A stretch of 37,424 nucleotides of DNA, taken from Anaerolineales bacterium. Its GTDB lineage: Bacteria; Chloroflexota; Anaerolineae; Anaerolineales; UBA6668. Below, piece by piece: positions 8,364-14,399 of this stretch. Under the pieces are notes generated by a model, which saw nothing but the letters and a program-made list of their open reading frames with translations, was not told the origin of the DNA and did not search any database. The stretch lies in the NCBI GenBank assembly GCA_020630225.1, contig JAHDBS010000006.1, forward strand, positions 1-37,424, written 5' to 3'. Every line of letters begins with the position of its first letter. Positions within the stretch are counted from its first letter, which is position 1. The translations under genes were made by a program, and so were the position numbers.

Positions 8364-8459
8364 TTCTAATTGGCTAAAGGCTAATCTCTAATGACCTCAT
8401 TTCGATGGCTATAGCTTACGGCCTAAAAACATTAGCCAATTAGCCTTTAGATATTAGCT
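8364..8459. repeat. Palindromic element with CTAA-core heptamer/octamer arms
   Basis: Left TTCTAAT TGGCTAAA GGCTAAT CTCTAAT; right ATTAGCC AATTAGCC TTTAGAT ATTAGCT; the right arm overlaps the tag stop codon. Confidence 0.75.
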
Positions 8460-9024
8460 CTTGGTATCGAAAACAATCCACCGTATGATCCATCACCATC
8501 CCAACGCCTTGCATGTAAGCATAGATAATTGTGGGGCCCACAAAACCAAAGCCGCGCTTTTTGAGCGCCTTGCTGATGGTCTTCGCAAGTTCAGTTTGCG
8601 CAGGCACATCATCTGGAGATTGAAAATGATTGATGATCGGTTGTCCGTCGACAAAGTTCCAGAGCCAGTTTGAAAAGCTGCCAAATTCTTGCTGAATTTT
8701 CAGCATCCCACGCGCGTTATTGATGGAATGCTTGATTTTCAACTTGTTACGCACAATGTTGGGGTTAGCCACTAACGCTGCTTGTTTCGCGTCGTCATAA
8801 GCAGCAACCTTGGCTATGTCAAAGTTGTCATACGCTGCGCGATAGCCGTCGCGCTTTTTTAAGATTGTGCTCCAACTTAGACCAGCCTGTGCACCTTCTA
8901 GAATGAGCATTTCGAATAAATGACGGTCATCACCAATCACAGGCACACCCCATTCATGGTCATGGTAATGCTTGTCTAAGTCGTCGGCGTTGGCTGCCCA
9001 GCGGCAGCGAGTGAGATCTGTCAT
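8440..9024 (-). CDS. tag: DNA-3-methyladenine glycosylase I
   Basis: RC.WA, YHD.EWG.P, LFE.L.LEGAQAGLSW.TILKKR, IVRN.LKI, LKKRGF.FVGPT..YA.MQ..G.V.DH..DC. Confidence 0.96.
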   Translation of the reverse strand: MTDLTRCRWAANADDLDKHYHDHEWGVPVIGDDRHLFEMLILEGAQAGLSWSTILKKRDGYRAAYDNFDIAKVAAYDDAKQAALVANPNIVRNKLKIKHSINNARGMLKIQQEFGSFSNWLWNFVDGQPIINHFQSPDDVPAQTELAKTISKALKKRGFGFVGPTIIYAYMQGVGMVMDHTVDCFRYQELISKG

Positions 9025-9063
9025 TTGTATTGTTTTATGTGCTAGCTATCACGCTCGCACCAA

Positions 9064-9231
9064 TGTCATCCCAGATGCGAACGAGACGAGCTTCGTAACG
9101 AACAATAGTTAGTGCATCTGGGATCTCTTTATAATTCTGCGCTACTTTTATTGCAATTGTCTTCTACAGAGATCCCGCCCACGCCATCGTCTTGACTACT
9201 TTGTTGCTATTCGTTTGTGGTCGGGATGACG
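9064..9231. repeat. CGTC/GTCATCCC-type REP-like palindromic dimer (MITE-like)
   Basis: Terminal inverted repeats GTCATCCC (9065-9072) / GGGATGAC (9223-9230); internal ATCCCAGATGC / GCATCTGGGAT (9068-9078 / 9114-9124) and GGGATCTCT / AGAGATCCC (9120-9128 / 9168-9176). Confidence 0.75.
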
Positions 9232-9282
9232 TCAGGACGAAGGTGGCGGCTAGCAGAAATGAATTTGAACCGCGCACTGCGC

Positions 9283-9317
9283 ATTGGCTGTTGAACATTG
9301 AAAATTGACTATTGTCT
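9283..9317. repeat. Tandem heptamer array (NTTGANN type)
   Basis: ATTGGCT GTTGAAC ATTGAAA ATTGACT ATTGTCT; overlaps the stop codon of the CoxD-like ATPase. Confidence 0.65.
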
Positions 9318-10220
9318 GCGCTTCTGTTCCCGCGCCATAATCATCTTCGCTTTGGCAACATCGGTTTCGTGCTTCAGCAGCAAGGTCAGCGTGTTTTCCA
9401 GCAATTCTGGAGTAATGCTACTGGCATTCAGCTTCACCAACGCCCGTGCCCAGTCCAAAGTTTCAGAAATACTCGGCGATTTTTTCAAATCCATTTGACG
9501 CAGGCTTTGGACGAGCTTGACAGACTGTACCGCCATGCTTTCGCTCAGATCTGGCACTTTGAGCTGCACAATGCGCAGTTCAGCTTCTTGAGTTGGATAG
9601 TCCACATGCAGGTAGACACAGCGTCGTTTGAGAGCTTCAGACAAGTCGCGCGTGTTGTTAGAGGTCAAAATCACCAGCGGTTTGTGCTTGGCCTTGATAG
9701 TGCCAATTTCTGGCACTGTGACTTGGAAATCGCTCAGGATTTCTAGCAGAAAGGCTTCAAATTCGCTGTCGGCGCGGTCAATTTCGTCAATCAATAAGAC
9801 CACGGGCTTGTCTGAGGTAACAGCCCGCAAGAGCGGGCGCGGCAACAGAAAGCGTTCAGAGAAAAAGACATTCTCTTCCTCTGCCAACCGATCGGCGGCG
9901 GCTGTCAGTGTGGTTGTGTCAGCCAGTACATCTTGCAGCTTGTCGCGCAACAGTTGGGTATACAACATCTGCTTGGCATATTCCCACTCATACAGAGCCT
10001 TGGTTTCATCTAATCCTTCATAACACTGCAATCGAATAAGTTCACAGCCTGTCGCGCTGGCCCACGCCTTGGCTAACTCCGTCTTCCCAACGCCTGCGGG
10101 GCCTTCTGCTAAGAGCGGCTTTTCCAGTGCATCTGCCAAATACAAGACAGTCGAAATTTCTTCAGTGGCAATGTAGCCTTGCGATTGTAGTTGTTCAGAA
10201 ACGTTAGTAGGAGAAGTCAT
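9309..10220 (-). CDS. MoxR-family AAA+ ATPase, CoxD-like
   Basis: EGPAGVGKTELA (Walker A), RLQCYEGLD..KALYEW.Y.KQ, LLIDEIDRAD.EFEAFLLE.LSDFQV..PE.G, LTSN.TR.LSEALKRRC. Confidence 0.93.
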   Translation of the reverse strand: MTSPTNVSEQLQSQGYIATEEISTVLYLADALEKPLLAEGPAGVGKTELAKAWASATGCELIRLQCYEGLDETKALYEWEYAKQMLYTQLLRDKLQDVLADTTTLTAAADRLAEEENVFFSERFLLPRPLLRAVTSDKPVVLLIDEIDRADSEFEAFLLEILSDFQVTVPEIGTIKAKHKPLVILTSNNTRDLSEALKRRCVYLHVDYPTQEAELRIVQLKVPDLSESMAVQSVKLVQSLRQMDLKKSPSISETLDWARALVKLNASSITPELLENTLTLLLKHETDVAKAKMIMAREQKRRQ

Positions 10221-10221
10221 T

Positions 10222-10256
10222 ATTGATAGTTGAGAGTTAAAAATTGACTATTGCGT
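10222..10256. repeat. Tandem heptamer array (NTTGANN type)
   Basis: ATTGATA GTTGAGA GTTAAAA ATTGACT ATTGCGT fills almost the whole ftsK to ATPase gap. Confidence 0.7.
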
Positions 10257-10257
10257 C

Positions 10258-12810
10258 TTATTCAAGCGCAGGGTTCTCTGGCGGCATTTCATCTTGCTGC
10301 TCAGCATTGAAGCGCTTGACCTGATCAGCAATGGGATCATCATCACCTTGAACAAACACATCACGCGTTTGCCCCCCGGCACGCTCACTGCCAATGACGC
10401 CCATTTCTTTGAGTTCGTCCATCAGACGCGCCGCGCGTGGGTAGCCAATCCGCATTTTACGCTGTAGCAAGCTGGCAGACGCACTACCGTGCTTCTTGAC
10501 AATTTCAATTGCCTGCACAATTTGCGGATCTTTATCGCTGGTGACTTGCTGACGGGCAAGCATGTCATCCCAAGGCGCTGCGTCTGCTGCGGAAGGCGCC
10601 CCATGAGACGGGCGGGCTGCATTTGGTGCACTGCTTGGGCGGGCTGCTTCTTCTTCCGTTTGTTCCCAATTGTTTTCCCAGAAATCAATCATGCCATCGA
10701 TTTCTTTATCAGACACAAACACCCCTTGCGAACGCAATGGTGCAGAAGCACTCGGTGACAAGTAAAGCATATCGCCTTTACCCAGCAACGATTCTGCCCC
10801 TAAGGTGTCCAGAATAACACGTGAGTCGGTTGACGACGCCACAGAAAACGCAATCCGTGCTGGGAAGTTAGCCTTCAGCAGACCAGTTACAACGTCTGTA
10901 CTTGGGCGTTGGGTCGCCACCACCAGATGCATCCCGGTTGCACGCGCCATTTGTGCCAAACGCGACAGCATTTTTTCGACTTCATCGGCGGCAAGCATCA
11001 TCAAATCTGCCAGCTCATCGATGATAAAAACAATATATGGTAGCGGCTCAAGGCCTTTTTGCTTCTTCGCTTCGGCGTTGTACCCTTTGAGATTCCGCAC
11101 GCCAATCTGTTCAAACAGTCGGTAGCGGCGCTCCATTTCACGCACACCCCAGCGCAGCGTGCCGATCATGCGCTCCATTTCAACTTCTACTTTGCCAAAC
11201 AAATGCGGCAATCCGTTGAAACGCATTAGTTCCACTTTCTTCGGATCCAACATCACAAAGCGCAGTTGGTCAGGCGTGTTATTGAAAGCAAGACAAGTAA
11301 TGATTGAGGTCACACAAACAGACTTACCAGACCCCGTGGTCCCGGCAATCATCAAGTGCGGCATTTTAGCCAAGTCCGCCACAACGGCATTCCCGGCGAC
11401 ATCGCGCCCTAGCCCAAAGGCCAGCGACGACTTCATCTTGTCAAATTTCGGATGCAAGATCAGGCTGCGCAGCCCAACCATAAACTTCTTGCGATTTGGC
11501 ACTTCCAAACCAACGTACGGCGTGCCGCGCACAGGCGCTTCAATCCGCACACGTTTGGCAGACAGCGCCAAGGCAAAGTCATTGGAGAGGTTGGAGATTT
11601 GCGAAATCCGCACTTTGGACTTGCGAACTTCACCATCTGCGCCGCCCGGCTTTTCGAAGAAGCCGGGTTCAATGAGATATTGCGTCACAGACGGCCCAGT
11701 TTGGCTGTCGACCACCTTAGCAGGGATGTTGAAATCTTCTAAAGTGGTATGAATGATATCGATATCACGCTCAATATCTTTCTTAGACGGTTTGATATCT
11801 TCCCCTGCATTCAACAGCTGCAAGTCGGGCAACGCTGTTGGGCGTTTGCGTGGCTTGTAGTTCTTTTCGTCGTCGGCTTTCTTTGGTTTCGCTTTGGCTT
11901 TCGGTCGCGATACAGGTTTCGCCTTGATCTTTGGCGTTGCGGGCACCAGCTCTTCCAAACGTTGTTGAATTGGAGCGGCTGGCGCTAACCCAACTTCTGG
12001 ATCTTCAAAGCGACGTACAGGAGAGGCATCTACATTACCAGCTACTTTGGCTTGCGCCCAAATCAATAAGTCTAGTGGCGCTGTCCAACGAATACGCCAG
12101 ACGAACAGTAAGGTCAGACCAAAGGTAACACCCAATGCAAGGATCGCGGTTCCGCGCAAAAAGCGAGCAAAAATCCAAGCTACAGCCCAGCCGAGTAAGC
12201 CCCCACCACCGCCATCTGAAGCAAGCTTGATGGCATCAATATGGTTGGTAGCGTCAAACAAAGAAATATCTGGGTTTAGGCGGCGCACTAAGACCAAATG
12301 TAGCAAGGCCAACCCTAGCACCACGGCAATTTCAGCAGCAATTACTCGTCGCCACGGAATAACCTGATATGGGCGCATGTTGTGAATCACAATCATTACC
12401 CCAATTGCCACAATCGTCAGCGGCACGAGATAAGAGCCCCATCCCAACCAAGCGCGCAAAAAGTCAGACAGACTGCGCGTCCAATAGCCGTCGCTTAGGC
12501 CTACTAATGAAAGAATCGAAACAAGGCCGAATGCAATCATCACCCAGCCGACAATGTCATCTAACCGTCGTACCACACCAATGATGAGCTGTAGCACAAC
12601 GCCCAATGGACGTTCTACCCAATGCTCCTCACGCGCCTCGGTTGCCTCTGCACGCATTTGACGTGTCTTCGGAGCCTGCGCCTTTTGGGGTTGCGACTTT
12701 CGTGTTGTTGAACTGCTCTTTTTAGCCGAAGACGCACCCTTCTTAGATGCTGCACTTTTGGTGCTTGCTTTACCCTTCTTCGGCGTTGTACCTTTCTTTG
12801 TTTTGGTCAT
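10258..12810 (-). CDS. ftsK: DNA translocase FtsK/SpoIIIE
   Basis: N-terminal TM segments; GPSVT.Y; MPHL.IAGTTGSGKSV, DPK.VEL, IIDELADLMM, RLAQMARATG.HL..ATQRPS, GAESLLG.GDML; gamma domain S.LQRK.RIGY.RAARL.D. Confidence 0.97.
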   Translation of the reverse strand: MTKTKKGTTPKKGKASTKSAASKKGASSAKKSSSTTRKSQPQKAQAPKTRQMRAEATEAREEHWVERPLGVVLQLIIGVVRRLDDIVGWVMIAFGLVSILSLVGLSDGYWTRSLSDFLRAWLGWGSYLVPLTIVAIGVMIVIHNMRPYQVIPWRRVIAAEIAVVLGLALLHLVLVRRLNPDISLFDATNHIDAIKLASDGGGGGLLGWAVAWIFARFLRGTAILALGVTFGLTLLFVWRIRWTAPLDLLIWAQAKVAGNVDASPVRRFEDPEVGLAPAAPIQQRLEELVPATPKIKAKPVSRPKAKAKPKKADDEKNYKPRKRPTALPDLQLLNAGEDIKPSKKDIERDIDIIHTTLEDFNIPAKVVDSQTGPSVTQYLIEPGFFEKPGGADGEVRKSKVRISQISNLSNDFALALSAKRVRIEAPVRGTPYVGLEVPNRKKFMVGLRSLILHPKFDKMKSSLAFGLGRDVAGNAVVADLAKMPHLMIAGTTGSGKSVCVTSIITCLAFNNTPDQLRFVMLDPKKVELMRFNGLPHLFGKVEVEMERMIGTLRWGVREMERRYRLFEQIGVRNLKGYNAEAKKQKGLEPLPYIVFIIDELADLMMLAADEVEKMLSRLAQMARATGMHLVVATQRPSTDVVTGLLKANFPARIAFSVASSTDSRVILDTLGAESLLGKGDMLYLSPSASAPLRSQGVFVSDKEIDGMIDFWENNWEQTEEEAARPSSAPNAARPSHGAPSAADAAPWDDMLARQQVTSDKDPQIVQAIEIVKKHGSASASLLQRKMRIGYPRAARLMDELKEMGVIGSERAGGQTRDVFVQGDDDPIADQVKRFNAEQQDEMPPENPALE

Positions 12811-12934
12811 AGATGCGCTAAAAATTAGAACATAATTGCCATACTATATTACACCATGAAGGGTTGGAGTGATAGCTGAGAGTTGATAGTCATGGCAAAT
12901 TTTTGCTATCAATAGGCTGCCATTTTGGCTTAAC

Positions 12935-12962
12935 AAAAAAAGACGGCTTTACAGCCGCCTTT
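12935..12962 (-). terminator. Intrinsic terminator after the S1-domain gene
   Basis: Minus strand GGCGGCU-GUAA-AGCCGUC followed by 7 U. Confidence 0.8.
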
Positions 12963-12987
12963 CTCAAAGTTCAAAAAATTCAAACGC

Positions 12988-13947
12988 CTATTCTGGCATT
13001 TTGCTTTTTCGCATGGTCAGCCCAAGCTTTCGCTGATTAGGCATAATGTTGACAACGCAAGCACGAATAGTTTCACCCAAGCTAACGACGTTCGCTGGGT
13101 GCATAAAGTTTCCTTCAGCCAGTTCACTAGTGTGAATAAGGCCTTCAAGCCCTGGCTCCAACGTGACAAACACGCCATAGTCCACAATATTACTGACCTG
13201 CCCTTCAATGACTTGGCCAATGCTGTAACGATCATGAACGGTCAACCAAGGATCTGGCGTCAGCTCTTTTAGACTGAGGCTAATTCGGCCTTCGTCCGCA
13301 TTCACATTCAACACCAACGCTTCAATATCTTGGCCTGGTGACAATACTGCACTTGGATGTGAAATCCGACTCCACGAGATTTGTGACACGTGGATCAGCC
13401 CTTCAACACCACCTAGGTCTACAAATGCACCAAAGTGACGTGTATTGGTGACCGTACCGCGCACCTTGTCACCGGGGCGGATCTTGTACAAAATCACTTC
13501 CCGTGCGCCTGGCTGCGACAGCGCTGCACGCTCTGACAAAATCAGACGTTGTTGCTTCTCATCTAATTCAATGATTTTCAAGCGCATACCCTCACCAACG
13601 CGGCGACTCAATAGTGCCTTGCGGTGTGCGTCCGAAATATCAGTTGGCAGATTTAGAATGTGGGAAGCTGGCACGAAGCCACGAACCATGTCCCATTTGA
13701 CTAGTAAACCGCCGCGATTGAAGCCTATAACTTCTAACTCAACGGTGTCGTCTGAGACATATGTCTGATGAATTTTTACCCAAGTGTCCTGGTAGTCCGC
13801 ATATGCATATGCGCTGGATGATTCTGGCTGCGCAGCTGGCGCTGAAGGCACATCATTTTCACCTTCAGTTAGTAGCTGTTGCCAATACCCTTCATCCATA
13901 CCAAACGGATCGGATGGTGCTCGATTATCCGATGGACGAGAAGACAT
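12988..13947 (-). CDS. S1 RNA-binding domain protein (three S1 domains; ribosomal protein S1-like paralog)
   Basis: Three OB/S1 repeats: NRGGLLV...GFVPASH; FGAFVDLGGVEGLIHVSQISW; YGVFV.LEPGLEGLIH.SEL. Short acidic N-terminal extension. Confidence 0.9.
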   Translation of the reverse strand: MSSRPSDNRAPSDPFGMDEGYWQQLLTEGENDVPSAPAAQPESSSAYAYADYQDTWVKIHQTYVSDDTVELEVIGFNRGGLLVKWDMVRGFVPASHILNLPTDISDAHRKALLSRRVGEGMRLKIIELDEKQQRLILSERAALSQPGAREVILYKIRPGDKVRGTVTNTRHFGAFVDLGGVEGLIHVSQISWSRISHPSAVLSPGQDIEALVLNVNADEGRISLSLKELTPDPWLTVHDRYSIGQVIEGQVSNIVDYGVFVTLEPGLEGLIHTSELAEGNFMHPANVVSLGETIRACVVNIMPNQRKLGLTMRKSKMPE

Positions 13948-14132
13948 ACATTACCCCTTATTTAACCCAAAATTGCAATTCCTAAAGGAAGTTGCTTGCA
14001 TATTCCATTACAAAACCCAATTGTGCTGCAGATGTGAAGGTCTCAGCATCTACCAATACTACTCTCCAACTAATTTAGCATGAAACCGCATATTTGCGTG
14101 ACATTTCATGCCATGAAAATGAAGATTGGGCT

Positions 14133-14321
14133 TATTCGGTTGTACGTATTGTGAATGGAAATCTGAGTAGGGCTACAGGACGTAGAAGGATTGCATCTTC
14201 ACTCAGAATGTTAAGCCCTGCTGCAAGCAATACCTTTCAGTACTTATTGATCCTCAGCGTCAACTATTTACATGACGTGAAATCCTGTTCCTACACATCG
14301 TACTACTTTTCTAACCGAATA
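14133..14321. ncRNA. Candidate structured ncRNA or long structured leader (family not recognised)
   Basis: Nested inverted repeats TATTCGGTT/AACCGAATA, GTACG/CGTAC, GTAGG/CCTAC, ACAGGA/TCCTGT; a minus-strand GUACU-GAAA-GGUAU hairpin lies within. Confidence 0.35.
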
Positions 14322-14324
14322 CAA
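14297..14324 (-). promoter_or_regulatory. Putative promoter upstream of the S1-domain gene
   Basis: Minus strand TTGTAT-N16-TACGAT. Confidence 0.4.
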
Positions 14325-14399
14325 AGCATTTTCCAATTTTTTTCAAATTTTGGCAACGAATTGCTAAATTTTCAAACCAAACTGGGGTGAATTTGCCAA

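Noticed and set aside
12660-12810. Lys/Ser/Ala-rich, histone-H1-like N-terminus of FtsK
   Set aside because: Basic low-complexity N-terminal tails are common in FtsK/SpoIIIE proteins; not evidence of a separate function.
12826-12842. LexA (GAAC-N4-GTTC) box upstream of ftsK
   Set aside because: AGAACATAATTGCC matches only one half-site.
14094-14390. Plus-strand 98-aa ORF in the S1 / 7TM gap
   Set aside because: TTG start without SD, no recognisable motif, and opposite to all neighbours. It cannot be fully excluded without ribosome profiling.
14160-14395. c-di-AMP (ydaO) riboswitch or SRP RNA resemblance (GTAGGGCTA, GGGGTGAAT, GAAA-loop hairpin)
   Set aside because: The ydaO-like words are in the wrong order and far apart, and the GCGGGGGACC and CCCGAA...CAGCTAAC elements are missing. 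The SRP CAGG...GGAA...AGCAG loop is not present.
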